Assembly: GCF_006345805.1 (NCBI RefSeq)
Contig: NC_043015.1
Span: 25,544,001 to 25,608,000, forward strand
Length of the DNA stretch: 64,000 nucleotides
Source: Octopus sinensis
Lineage: Eukaryota
Direction of reading: 5' to 3'
Below the pieces are notes generated by a model. That model ran no database searches, was not told the origin of the DNA, and saw only the letters and a program-made list of their open reading frames with translations. The translations under genes were made by a program, and so were the position numbers. This document shows positions 51,051 through 64,000 of the stretch, one piece after another (position 1 is the stretch's first letter; each line of letters starts with the position of its first letter).

Positions 51051-52870
51051 CACTCGGTAAAAACAAGATGCCAAATTTCTGGCTCACATCGTTCCTGTGC
51101 GTACACGAAAAGTTAGTCCAGCTGTCCATTTAAATAAGAGGACCCAAAGAATAATGAAGCCAAAGTTCCCAAAAGGCTCTGGGCCCATAACCTGTTTATC
51201 CACTATTTATAAAATTTTAACATCTATTCTCGTGGAAGGAACATGTATTTATGGAAGAGAAGGATAGTTTCCCCACTGAACAAATATGATGCCGACGAGG
51301 CTCATATACATGCAAAGATCAGCTCTTAATTAATCGCACGATCCTTGAGAACTGTCATAACCAGCCCAGAAATCAGTTCTGCATGAATTGATTACGAAAG
51401 GTTTTCAACAGAATACTGCATTCATGCGTCTTGAAATCGCTGGACATCTTCAACATTTCTCCTGTAATTTCAATCTTGCTGAAGCATAATATATCAATGT
51501 GGAATACGAATCTACACCACTCTAATGGCCGACTATCTTCAAACAATATTAGAATCAACTGTAGCATTTTCCAAGGTGACTTACACTCACCTCCAATATT
51601 CTTTACACGTGAACTTAATAGAACAGGGTATGAATATGAATTTGACAATTAGCAAATAAACCATCTATTTTATATGGATAACTCTATGGCAAAGACAATA
51701 ATGAGCTTGAAGGCCTCTTACATACTCTATAGCAAAGATAATGATGAGCTTGGGGGCCTCTTACGAACTGTGAAAACATTCATTGATGTTATTGGGATGG
51801 AGTTTGATCTTGATAAGTGTGCCAGAACCACTTTACAGAAAAGGAAATTGATAAAATGAAATTCAGTCGTGTTTGGTTTTGACCCAGTTATAAAAATACT
51901 TCAGCAGCAACAAAACCATAAATACCTAGGAATAAATGAAGGATCTGGCATTGACCATGCAAGGATGAAAGAAAAGATCTTGGAGGAGTGTTATAGGTGA
52001 GTAACGAAATATGAACAAAATGCACATAACAAAGGTGTTAGCCATAAATTCCTTGTTAGTTCCTGTTGTTACTTATAGCTTCATTGTGTTGAAGCGAAAT
52101 AAAAGCAACTGAATGAAACATTCGTAAGTTGATGACGCAGCAGCCAAAGGCAGACGCGGATCGTCTTTACCTTCCCAGGGCCCAAGGAGGTTGAATCTTG
52201 ATCCACTTTGATCACCACAATTGGACTGGCAAAATTCGACTTGAAACAACTAACGACTGGCTACTAAAACTCGATGAAAATCACGCTAGAAGTAAGAAAT
52301 TTCAGTCTATCTTGAAGGAGAGCAGAAAATTTGCTATTGATTTTGTGAATGATACCCAGACTGAACAGCATGAGGGAAGTGCGGTGAAGTGTGACAACTG
52401 TTGCAGCAAAAAGTATAATTAATGGCAAAAACAAAAATCGCATGAACAATTGACTGGTAGGTGGGAGTAGAAACCTCTGCATGGTAAATGTGTGGCCCGT
52501 AGTAAACAAAGTAATGTTGACCAGAAGCACACCTATCTGTGGCTATGAAGCTCAGGGCTTAAGGCAAAGAGTAAAGGCTTCATCTTAGCTGCTCAAGATC
52601 AGAACTTATTGACCCGGAACTATCAAGTCAATGTAATGAAACATGGAGTAGATTCAAAATACCGATTCTGCAACGCTGAATTTGAAGCAATGGACAACGT
52701 AATCTCTGACTTTTAGCACAAGTGGAATATAAATTAGGACATGGCAGAGGTGGTCAATATCTGCTCTGGTTAATATATCGGCATTATACAATCAAAACTG
52801 CGGGCAAATGGTATAAGCACCACCTGTAATTGAGGGAGTAAATATAACGATTCTTTGGAAATTCCAATAC
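51050..52870 (+). mobile_element. Degenerate R4/Dong-clade LINE
   Basis: CKDQLLIN, IFQGDLHSP, INHLFYMD, YKYLGI, FILAAQDQNLLTRNY and zinc-motif relics; ends at NITILW immediately before (TAA)n. Confidence 0.8.
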
Positions 52871-52873
52871 ATG

Positions 52874-52925
<52 letters not shown>

Positions 52926-54599
52926 TAATAATAATAATAATAATAACAACAACAACAATAAATTACATTATCATAAATGGAAACAATTGCTATATCAATG
53001 AAAAACCCATATAAATGTATGAATATAAGTGTGTGTGTGTGTGTGTATATATATATGTATATTTGTGTAAACTTCAAGTTGTAACAAAGAGCAATATGGT
53101 AAACATTGAAACAAAGATATTTAACCGACAAACCACAAAGAAAGACCAAATGGCAGAAAATTAAAAGAAAAATGTGAAGAACAATTTATTGGCGTATATT
53201 TTGGAACATAAATAGTTATAAGATAACATTAATGTGGATTAAATTAGAATGAAAATATAAACGATATAGAACGAGGTTACATGTTTGAAGAAAATGTGCA
53301 AAATATCCAAGCTAAGGTGTACAAATAAATGGATATAAAATACGACTAGCTCAAAATAACTTTATCTATTACAGTGCTGTATCAAATTAGTAATGTGTGT
53401 GTATTTACTACATGTTACTTCCAGAAAGTTTGTATACATTCAATGAACGATATCACATTATCGAAAAAATGTATATCGAAAAAATGTATATCTCTTAATA
53501 TAAGACAAAAAATGGTTTTCTGTTTTGGATCCTATCTGTGATATGTGTATGTCATCTTCATGTAGCAGCTTTACAAAAATAAATGTTATCTAACAATAAA
53601 ATGCAGAACAATCTTGCACATCTTGAAACAACAATTATTTTTTACAAGGCTGAAGCATCGGCAAAGTAAAATGGATCTCCATCAGTTTCGACAATGACTA
53701 TTAATTTATTTGATCCTCTGAATTCCCTGTTCATTGAATTAGCGTGCAAATGGCTGAGTATTCTACAGACACCTGCACAAATAATAAAATTCTCAGGTGG
53801 AATCCATGCAACAGAAAATGACAAAGCTGGAACACTAAGTTATTGGTAGAATTCATCCAATAACTTAGATGCCGCATCCATGCCATTTCCGTTTGTTAAT
53901 TTCACTAGAGTTGTGCAATCTGAGATGATGCTAAAAGATGTCATACAGTCAGTTCGAACTCGGATCTTCGGGAATGCGAAGTAAAGCTGTTAACCATTCA
54001 GACACACTGCTTTCCCATGATACTAGTTTGATTTATTATCTAAATAAGTATGTAGTATAAAATTAAAAGATAATGTATAAGAATATATTTGAATATAAAA
54101 TAGAATATAAATTATTATATGGTAACTTGAAAGTGGATTATATGAAATAGAAATGAAAATGTTAGGAAGTAAAGATGGAAATTTTGAATGAGTCACTGTA
54201 CAAGATTACATAACTTGCAGTGAATATTGGGTAGGAGAACATGCAGCCAGTTTAATTAGATGTAATAAATACACAAGTTGGAATAAAGTTGACTGCAGTA
54301 ATACAATATTTAATGAAGCAAAATAAATTAATAGTTTAATTGGAATATGTAGGTTGTAAATGCAATAATTGAATAAATTTGGAAAGTGGAGGACATTAAT
54401 TTAGTTTAAGCAATCAAATAAATGTATTAAAGGGTAGAGCATAACTAGAATCTAAGATCTGGGTTTATCCGATGCCACTGCATAGATTCTGTGAATTTAT
54501 TAATACTAAGTAAAGAAGTTGTAACGTCGAACCAATTGTTGTTAGTGGAGACTATACTACTTTGATTTGTGAAGGCGACATCTATGTTGAAATTGTTTT

Positions 54600-55403
54600 C
54601 TTACAAGAGAGAAATTAGTGAAAAAGAATATAAACATTAGAAAAATGTATTAATAAACTAAACAAGAATGTGGCTGTATGTTGAATAATTACTCCCTAAT
54701 TAGAAAAATATTAGTTGCGAAATGTTTGAATGTCTTAAAAATCCTACGCTTTCAGGAAGAGAATGATTCATTGTTCGATAATTGGCTGTTGGGAAAAAGT
54801 TCTCTGAGCTACAAAGATGATAGGGTTTTCTTATTGTTAGATTGAGCTCTTATGACTGAAAGAATTCTCCATTTTACCTTAAAAGACGTTTTGTTAGAAT
54901 TTAGATTTGAAATATGGCTCCATGGCAAGGTATCAGCCTCTCTGTTCAAAGTTTCAAACGTATATGAATTAATATAATCTCTTTTGTTTTCAAAAGAATT
55001 GGCATGTAAGCCTATTTATAAATTCGACTGGCACAATGAAGTAATCCTTTGGCTTCATAATTTCCTTCAAGTATTGGTATTCATATGATTATACATAATT
55101 TTCCAACCAAAATTTCTTTAAGTTATTAATTCAAATACTTTAGAGCTCGCTAAAATTGTGGACAGTGGAATATGATACTTTAGTATGTTTTGACTGAGAA
55201 ACTTTCGATATTCTTTTCTGGTTTGACGGAAAATGTTCTTGCAGGAATTAAGAAAATCCCGCTTAACTTCGGTCATTGATACTCTTAAATGGTTTCTACG
55301 TCTAATACATGTTTAATTTATATTTGAAGTACATTATACTGTTCCTAAGTATCCGCCTCTTCTGCATACTTAACTGTAATACTTGCATTGATCAATTGTG
55401 AGT

Positions 55404-55461
<58 letters not shown>

Positions 55462-56250
55462 GAGAGAAACAGAGAAGGGAGAAAAAAGAGAACAGCCTTT
55501 CCTTTAGAAAAAAACAAAAAACTATTGTTTTACTTTTATAAAAGTTTTGTCATATTTTTTAATGAATTCCAGTTATTACCCTAATGTATCTAGATGTTCA
55601 TAATTTCATCTACAAGATGAAGTGATGTTGGCGTATATTGCTATCTCCTCAATGTAGTCAGAGCCAATACGATTGCTCTCTATATTAGTGTCGGAATTTT
55701 GAATATTTTCTTGTTATATTCATCCGGCATCAGGTGTTTGTAACTATTCTGTTTTACCTGTTTGTCTTTCTCAGCCTTGACTTATGAGTACTGCTTCCAT
55801 CAGCAATCCTCTGTGCCTATGAGGAATTCTGTAGAGTAAGTGTGTGAGGGTGTGTCTTGCCTGTTTAATGTGTTCTCGTCTACTTCGGTGTTTTGTTTTG
55901 AATGATGCGTTTCAATTACTTCTTCCATTGCATGTTGAACACTTGTGCGTGAAATACAGAAATGTGAAATGTGGAGTTTAAAAATTTCCTGTTTGCAATC
56001 GAATTTATAAATTAGATTGGTCGTTTGAGGCGTGTTCACGGATTTACAAGATTTTGACTGGCGATTGATAACGATGCTTTTAACGCTGTTTTAGCTGGAA
56101 TAGCCACGGGGGATCTCTTAGAGCTCACAGTTCCAACAAAGTAATCACGATAGAAATGGTAAAAATTACAAATTTCTCATCTGATCTACGCTGCAAACGA
56201 TAATTCTTTTTTTCATCTGGGTAGAATGTTGAAACTAAGAACGGGTAGAT
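54600..56250 (-). mobile_element. Highly degenerate Penelope/Neptune-like element
   Basis: Minus-strand relic *IGLHANSFENKR...FKVKWRIL resembles the GIY-YIG C-terminus; interrupted by (GA)n at 55405-55470. Confidence 0.45.
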
Positions 56251-56966
56251 CTGGTAAAAAAGATATCCGTTCTAGCATATGACAAATGCCGTAAATTATG
56301 TATTCTAAAAGTTGCAATTTCCTTTGAATGATGTATTGCAGCAGGTTTGATTGGTTAGACGGAAAAATTCAGCCAAGATTTACACTTTATAAACTGCTTG
56401 AAGATGTGAAAAAAAAAAAAGGAAAATTTTATCCTAACAGGCTCGGGTGGATGATAAATATCTGTCCTCACACAAAAAAAGTTGAATATGTGGCATTCTA
56501 CATGGTGCAACATCACTTAAAATGATATATTATAGCATATGCACATTTGATGGGCGATAGCGAGTATTTTAACAAAAATTCAACGTTTTTATTTTTATTA
56601 AAAGCTGATAGAAAATTGCCGAAAATTCAAATTCTCAACCACACAGGGATCGTAAAAAATAAAAATCACATGGATATACATGTACATACTTATTTAGCCC
56701 TACATCTACCACCCCTTCCTACTTACCCCAGCTACACGATCGATTTCTTGTCCTTCCACGCGGTCGATTTCCTGTTTATCATGCGGTATTTACCAACATC
56801 GGACTGTTATACCGCGTAACCTTTCCCGACTAATCGCAGGCTACGTCCAGTAGTAAACATTGACTCTCTTCAATCGAACCCTCTTTCAGACCCCAATGGC
56901 CGAAGACTAGCTACACGCTTGAGACTCAGAGTACTAAAGAGTCTGAATCAAGCTGTTTTGATATGT

Positions 56967-58176
56967 ATAGGTTGTTTCACATGAAATGTTGCATTTTTAA
57001 TTCCTTGTTATTTCAGTCATTTAAAAAAAATTCAATTACGTATGCCTTGCATTTATCTTGACTCTTTTTCTTTCCCAACAATATTGCTATACAAAATTCG
57101 TGCCCACAGACCTTATGAAAATGATAACAACCAAACTGTGTTGAGTGAGTTTTTCGTATGAGTACAAACTGGGTTACTCTGCGGAGGAAGCTCTACGGAA
57201 CATCAAGCGAGACTTTGGTAATGGTTTTGTTGCCATCAGAACTGTTCAACTTTGGTTCCAAAGCTCTCGTTCAGGAAATGATAGCCTTGAAAATAAACCA
57301 AAGGGTAGGCCCAAATCAGTTATTTGGCATAATGCATCGGGTGAACGAAATCCGAGAACAAAGTTTCGAAAACTTTCATCAGAGCACCAAACATCTCGCA
57401 CAACTGTTTTTGGACGCCTGTAAGAAAATGGGAAAGTCAAGAAAACAGATAGGTTTGTTCCACATCAACTGAATGAGATTAAAAAAACGGAAGCCTCGAA
57501 GTGTGCTCCTTATTGCTTTCTCGACTGGAAAAATACCATTTTTGCATCAAATCATTACTTGTCATGAGAAATGGATACTCTTTGACAACAGCAGGAGAAC
57601 AGGACAGTGATTAGATGCAGGAGAGTCACCTAAACATTACCCGAACCCACCATTGCACCCTAAAAAGCTAGAGGTTACTGTATGGTGGTCTGCGAAGGGT
57701 GTTATTTATTAGTCATTTTTGCAACAAGGAAAAACGGTAATAGCATCGTATTACCAGGAAATTGATTGTATTCATGGGAATTTGAAAAAGAAGCAGCCCA
57801 GACTAGTGGATAGAGATAGCCCAATTTTGCTCCACGACAATGTACATCCTCACACTCCAGCCTACGATTCAAAAGTTGCAGAGCCAGAATTATGAGATTT
57901 TGCAGCTGATATCTCTCCTACTGATCACTTATTTGAGCATCTTGAGCTTTTCATAAGCAATAAAACATTCTTAAATGGAGAAAAAGTAATTGAAGTATTC
58001 GGACTGTTTATCAGCAAACGATGATTTTTTTATAAGATGGAATATGACAGAGAAACATTGGGTAAACGTCATAAATGAACATGGATCATACTTTGATTAA
58101 ATAGATAAGTCTCTAACACTTCTGAAACATTTTATTGTTACCTTTTAAATACGATATTTCATGTGAAACAACCTAA
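56967..58176 (+). mobile_element. Full-length mariner (DD34D) transposon with pseudogenised transposase
   Basis: TIRs TAGGTTGTTTCACATGAAAT and its reverse complement at 58156-58175; YEYKLG...GRPK, TCHEKW (D to H), LHDNVHPH, DISPTDHLF. Confidence 0.93.
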
Positions 58177-58200
58177 CATATACATACATATACATACATA

Positions 58201-61200
58201 CATTATTATGGCTGCCCCCTCGTTATCGAGTATGGCCATTGCACGAAGCTTAACTGTTACTTGTGCTGTGATCGAATGTGACTTTTTAGCCCTGCTAAAT
58301 ACCTACAATGTCTTGTACAAAATTGGCAACTAAAACCTTTACTGGTAATAGCTGGCTGTAGTTGTAAATGGACTTCATGTACCTTTGCATGTCGTTTAAG
58401 TCCTCCTGCCGAATTACACTCTCTTCCACATGCCCGACAGATATGATTAGTATGGTATGTTACACCATCACCAGTGGCCAGGTTGTCACTCATCTGTCTC
58501 GTTTTATGACTACGAAGATGACTCTTGAGTCCAGCTTTACTGAGGCAGGGTCTTGCTCAGACATTGCATGCCAGCATCAAAGGAAGACCCTTCCCTTTTG
58601 GTAGTGTAACAGCGATGCCCTTCCTGACATCCCTCCTTACTTTCTCATGTGCAACTCGAGATTTCTCAAACGTGGCTGTCCCCTAATGCACAATCCTTCT
58701 CCACCTGCTACGATCAATAGCTATGCCTTCCCATGTGTCAGGAGATATGCAAGCATCTCTTAAGGAAGCCTTCAGCAAGTCCTTATACCTCTTTTTTGGT
58801 TTATGTGGAGGTCGTTCTCCTTTAGCTAACTCTCCATAAAAGAGTTTTTTTGGCATCCTTGAATCCTTCATCCTAACCAAATGACCACTCCATCTGAGCC
58901 TTTGCTATAACACAAGAGCTTCTATACTTTCACACCGAGAGCCTTCCAATATTTCAAGATCCCTGATGTGGTCCTTCCACTTAATGCCATAGATCCGTCT
59001 GAGGCACATCTGATGGAAACGTTCCAGTTGTTTAAGGTGGTATCGATATGTGACCCACGTCTCGCAGGCATAGAGAAGAGAAGGGAGCACACATGCCTTG
59101 TACACCTTTATCTTTGTCTTTCTGCATATGTCTCGCCGACTCCAGAGACGCTTTTCTACCCTTCCGAAAGCAACACTTGCTTTCCTAATTCTGTATTAGA
59201 ATTTCATCATCCAAATTGCCATATCTATTAATAGTGCTTCCCAGGTAGACAAACTGATCAGCTACATCAAGTCGTTTACCACATACATAGATATTTGGTA
59301 CACTATACTGCTTACCAGGGGCAGGTTGATGCATGACAACAGTTTTCTTGAGATTGACTGTCAATCCTAAGGCAGTGCAAGCATCAGAGAATGCATTCAA
59401 AATGTGTTGCATATCAATATCTGTGTGCGCTACTAGCTCACAATCATCTGCATACAAAAGGTCTCTTATGATAGAGGTAAATACCTTTGTTTTTGCAGCA
59501 AGGCACCTGATATTAAATATGCTGCCAGAGGTTCGATAAAAACCTGATACAAATCCAGACCCTGTCCCACACACTTTTCCTGAAGCTGTCTAGCTGAAAA
59601 GATCATATCAGCAGTGCCACGTCCCACACGGAAGCCAGATTGACTTTCTGGAAGAACACAATCTGCAACGTATTTCAGCAGACGATCCAGAAGTATCCTG
59701 CATAAAACCTTTCCTACAGCAGACAGCAATGATACTCCCCTATAATTACCACAATCATTCCTGTTGCCCTTTCCCTTATACAGGACCACCATTACTGCAT
59801 CTCTACAGTCCTCAGGTACAGATTCACTAGTTCATATCTTACCAAACAAAGAGTGAAGTTTCTGCAGAAGTTTCTCACCACCATGCTGTAACAACTCCGC
59901 ATGTATGCCATCCATACCCGGAGACTTCCCATTATTCAACCTTGAGACAGCCATTGCAACTTCTTCCAACTTTGGTGGTTCTGCGAGTGCTGCCTTCACA
60001 GGCAATCCAGGGATGAGATTGAGAACATCCTTACTAACTATAGACTGCTGATTCAAAAGTTCATCAAAGTGTTCTTGCCACCTTCGCAGAATTCCTTGTG
60101 AATCACGAAGAAGTTCTTTACCATCCCTGCTTTGATGTGGTGTCATCAGGGAAGACATCGGTCCATAAACTTCTCGCAAGAGACCATACAACAGCTTTGT
60201 GTTATTGGAATCTGATGCTGCCTGTATCTCATCAGCCTTCTAACTCCACCACGTATCCCTCATCTGAGAGAGCCTTTGTTTCACACATGATTTTACGTCC
60301 TTGAGTTCTCTATGCATCACTTCCCTTTCTTGTGGCTTTGCTGACAAATAGCGTGACAAAGTACGTATTTTATCAGCCAATAAATCTATGTTCATCATTT
60401 TCTTTGAACCAATCTTGATGCTTTCTTTGTATCAATCCCAGAACTTTCTTGCCTATATCATAAACTGACTTTTTAAGGGTCGGCCAATCCTCCCCAATAT
60501 CTGCAGCATTCATTTCCTCTCGTAAAGTTCTCTTCACACTAAGACGATCAACATTCAGTCTTTTAGGGGTAATCCCTGCAGCTCGGATTTTATGTTTTGT
60601 GACTAATTTCACTTTTGTGACTAATTTCACTAGGTGGTGGTCAGTCCAACACTCAGCTCCACGAAGAACACGAACACACTGCACATCCTGTCTGTCACGC
60701 ACCCTAACTAGGATGTAATCCAGAATATGCCATTCTTTAGATGCAGGGTGCATCCATGTAGTCTTAAGCTTATTCTTTTGTTGAAACATGGTATTGGTAA
60801 CACACAAACGCAGCTCCTCACACATCTGCAGCAAAAGCATGCCATTACTATTACACTTGCCCACCCCATGCTTTCCAATTACAGTCCATGTGTTAAAATC
60901 CCTACCCACTCTAGCATTAAAGTCACCCAGTACGATGACTTTGTCTGCCCGAGGGATATTTCTTATAATGCCCTTCAAAGCATGGTAGAATGAAAGTTTT
61001 TCGTCATCAATATAGCACATAGTTGGAGCATACACACTCACCAAGGTCATAAAATTTCCTTTAGCCAAAGGAATTCTCATGGACATAAGACGCTCGTTAA
61101 TTCCGATTGGGAATTCTTCCAACTTGTCCACAAGAGTTGTCTTAACAGCAAATGCCACTCCAGCTTCTCCTCTAAACTCTTCATTCCTCCCTTTCCAAAA

Positions 61201-61900
61201 GAATGTATATTTTTCACAAGATTCTGTAAGATGACCATCTCCAGGTAATCTCGTCTCAGATAAAGCAACGATGTCAAGATCATAGCGTTGAAGCTCCTTC
61301 GCAACAAGCGCAGTCCTTCTTTCAGGACATTCAGAGGACTTGCGGTCAAGCAGTGTCTGTACATTCCAACAGCCAATATTCAATATTTTCTTTGGTTCTA
61401 TCACAGTAGCATGATGATGGCCGGGTTTAGACTGTGATGCTCTGGAGCCCCTTCCCGGGCCAGACTCTTTCAGCTGATGTGGTTCCAGAGTCCTTACTGC
61501 CATTTATTTTTATACTGTACATCATTGATTTTTTGCTTTTTAAGGCTACAGCCAGCTATTCAGTTGAGACTCACAATGTCATCAACAATCATGGATTAGT
61601 TAATCAATTTAATCAATCAATCAATGTTGTTATCGTGCAATGCCTGTGCAAAAAGATTTTTTTAAAGCGAGGAAAGGCTGTGCACTGAGTCAATCCCACT
61701 CACTAAGCAACAGCAGCCATAATCCGAAAAGGAGAACAAGTCAACATCATCGGTAACCACTGAGCCGCAGGTTTTATGTCGGAGTTATCCCAGTTACCTG
61801 AGTTACCTTCTCCTAGAAGGATGCCCTAACAAAGGCTAGGAGTTCTTCACTCCCAATGGTTTAACCGCGCGATCGAGTATTCAGTCCGATTATTTCTATG
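58201..61900 (-). mobile_element. Near full-length RTE-clade LINE (APE endonuclease, RT, two C-terminal C2H2 fingers), frameshifted
   Basis: IGCWNVQTLLD, ALSETR, LGDFNARVG, LDYILV (APE); ESQSGFRVGRGTADMIF, LLYADDC (RT); CRACGRECNSAGGLKRHAKVH and CQFCTRHCRYLAGLKSHIRSQH. Confidence 0.95.
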
Positions 61901-62177
61901 TCCCTACACATGATACAGCCTTAAGCCTTAAGAAAAAAAAAATTGCACATTTATTGGATGGCCGTTGACTCTCAAGAGTTCCTCCGCCCTTTGACGCGTT
62001 TGTTTTTCATCCCGCAGAGTGACCAATAAACACCCTCCTCACCAAGCTAGCTTGGTGGGGTTGCCGGTTTAGTCGCCGACGACCCGACCGTGCAACAGGT
62101 TGTACTGGGTTACATGTTACCAGTAGCACTCGAAAGTGACCTGACATTACATACATACATACATAATATACATACAT

Positions 62178-62261
<84 letters not shown>

Positions 62262-62296
62262 ATGCATGCATATATTTACACACACGCACATTCATG

Positions 62297-62348
<52 letters not shown>

Positions 62349-63924
62349 ATACAGTACTATGGAATATATCTATAGAGTCTTGTTTAAGAAACACTATATT
62401 GCTTACGTTTGCGTTGTTTTGTTCACAATCAATTTACTTGTAAACTCCCTATTATAACTGGCTAAAGTAAACTAGATAGTAAACTTGCATATATAACATG
62501 TCCTGGGCAGCTAATTCGAATACTAAACTACTAGCAAGTTCTTTGTAAATTTGTCACACTTTGCTTTATTACACACACAAACTTATGGACGTCAACAGAT
62601 GATTTTAAAATCGTTCCTTTCAATTTCCACCTCACCACAACAACCCCTTCCGACCCTTAAAACAATCCCAACCACACCCAAAAGTAATTTACCTCATACT
62701 CTGTGGTAGCTATTTCTAATCTCAATCCAAGTTACATAATTCTAGTGTGCAAAATTGATCTTTCAATATTTTTCGTAGCACGATTTCAATGCTATAATGT
62801 ATTATTGATTATATACAGGGATTGTATAAACCAACAACGAATATGAATACATTTGATGCGTAAGCATGAATTTTTTTTAAAATCAAATAAAAAAAAGAAT
62901 TCAAGCATTTATAAAATGTTCAAATATCGTCGGAAATCGGAAATTAATCCTAAAATTTGACACAGGACAGGAGGAAGGCTGAAACATTAATTTTCAAATA
63001 TACGTAAAGTTTAAAATTGATTCTGTATAAAAAGAATAATATTTATTAAATGATAGACCTCATCCTGTTTTTGGTTGATGAAAAGGAGTTTTTAGGGAAA
63101 TTTTAGTAGTTTATAATCTACTTTAAAACTGGATGAAAATTCTAACATCCATTCCATTCACCTTGGTAAACATTTAATATTTTCATATGAAAAAATTGTT
63201 GAATATAAAGCAGTCTGGATACAAGATTATATATATATATATATATATATAAACGTGTGCGTATGCTGTATGTGTATTTGTGCGTGTTTGTATAATTGTA
63301 TATTACACATGCACACAGTGTAAAAATCGAGTCCATGAATGACAAAATTCAGGGTGTCGTATATTTGTGAATAGAGCAGTTATATTAGTTAATCATGTAA
63401 TACAATATTATAGCTCCATTTCAGACGATTTACGAATCGGTTTCATACTTGAAAGTTTGAGAAAGACTAGTCTCAATATTCGTCAGAGAGGTTTGTATGG
63501 AAACTATGGTGGCACCTTTTGTCACTGGAGTTCAGAAAGTGCCTAAAAAACTCGGAACGAAAGAACAGCAGGAAAAAATACAGAGGAAACTTTTGCTCCT
63601 TAGTGTTATGTCCTTTGGATTAGAATCAGATTACAAAGAGCCGGCATTAAGTATGAAGTAAATGCTTGAAGATTGGGATAGGGGCTTACATGAGGGTATC
63701 TTGCGCTTGGTGTATGCGTGCGGCGGAGTGGGAAGTCGGGGTCGGGATTGTGTGTTTCGATATAAAAAAAAAACAGAATGTGGTAAACCTTATGTGAAAC
63801 CCTCAGATCGTGATGAGAGCAAATGCTCATGAGGCAGCCTATGAGAACGGCACACACACATTAATTTGTTATTTGGTGGCTGAGAATGTTGTTGAAATAG
63901 CTATATATTCTTTTCTTCTCAAAG

Positions 63925-64000
63925 CACAAGGCTCGGAATTTTGTGGGAGGGGGTCAGTCGATTAGATCGACCCTAGTACGCAACTGGTACTTATCGACTC
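63925..64000 (-). mobile_element. SINE family 3, 3' part, runs off the window
   Basis: caaggctcggaattttgtgggagggggtcagtcgattagatcgaccctagtacgcaactggtactt. Confidence 0.7.

Noticed and set aside
57361-57385. CTGATGA...GAAAC on the minus strand
   Set aside because: No valid stem II or stem I; lies inside the mariner transposase coding sequence, so a chance match.
58257-58493. Host C2H2 zinc-finger gene
   Set aside because: The fingers are the C-terminus of the RTE ORF2, lack TGEKP linkers and are followed by the LINE 3' UTR.

Overview
AT-rich eukaryotic DNA, most likely an octopus. This is inferred from the recalled tRNA-derived SINE and MITE families, the heavy (TA)n/(CA)n load and a 100-N scaffold gap at 36777-36876. 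The window is mostly intronic or intergenic and built from transposon relics: Proto2/CR1-like LINEs, a CR1 LINE, a near-complete RTE LINE, an R4/Dong-like LINE, Penelope-like (GIY-YIG) relics, two Tc1/mariner-superfamily elements, piggyBac-type MITEs and many SINEs. One host exon is well supported: the first coding exon of a CCDC39-like ciliary gene (13522-13620, minus), with an RFX X-box just upstream. The most notable hidden feature is a set of type I hammerhead ribozymes (about 12.1, 23.4/24.0, 31.2, 43.0 and 44.5 kb). They include a retrozyme-like 487-nt repeat unit, a natural U3-A8 core variant, and two inverted duplications whose breakpoints lie within 2-3 nt of the predicted self-cleavage site. 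The LINE and SINE families also share a 3' tail with a covarying stem-loop. Repeat boundaries are approximate; motif coordinates were counted by hand. Family names come from recalled motifs, not database searches.
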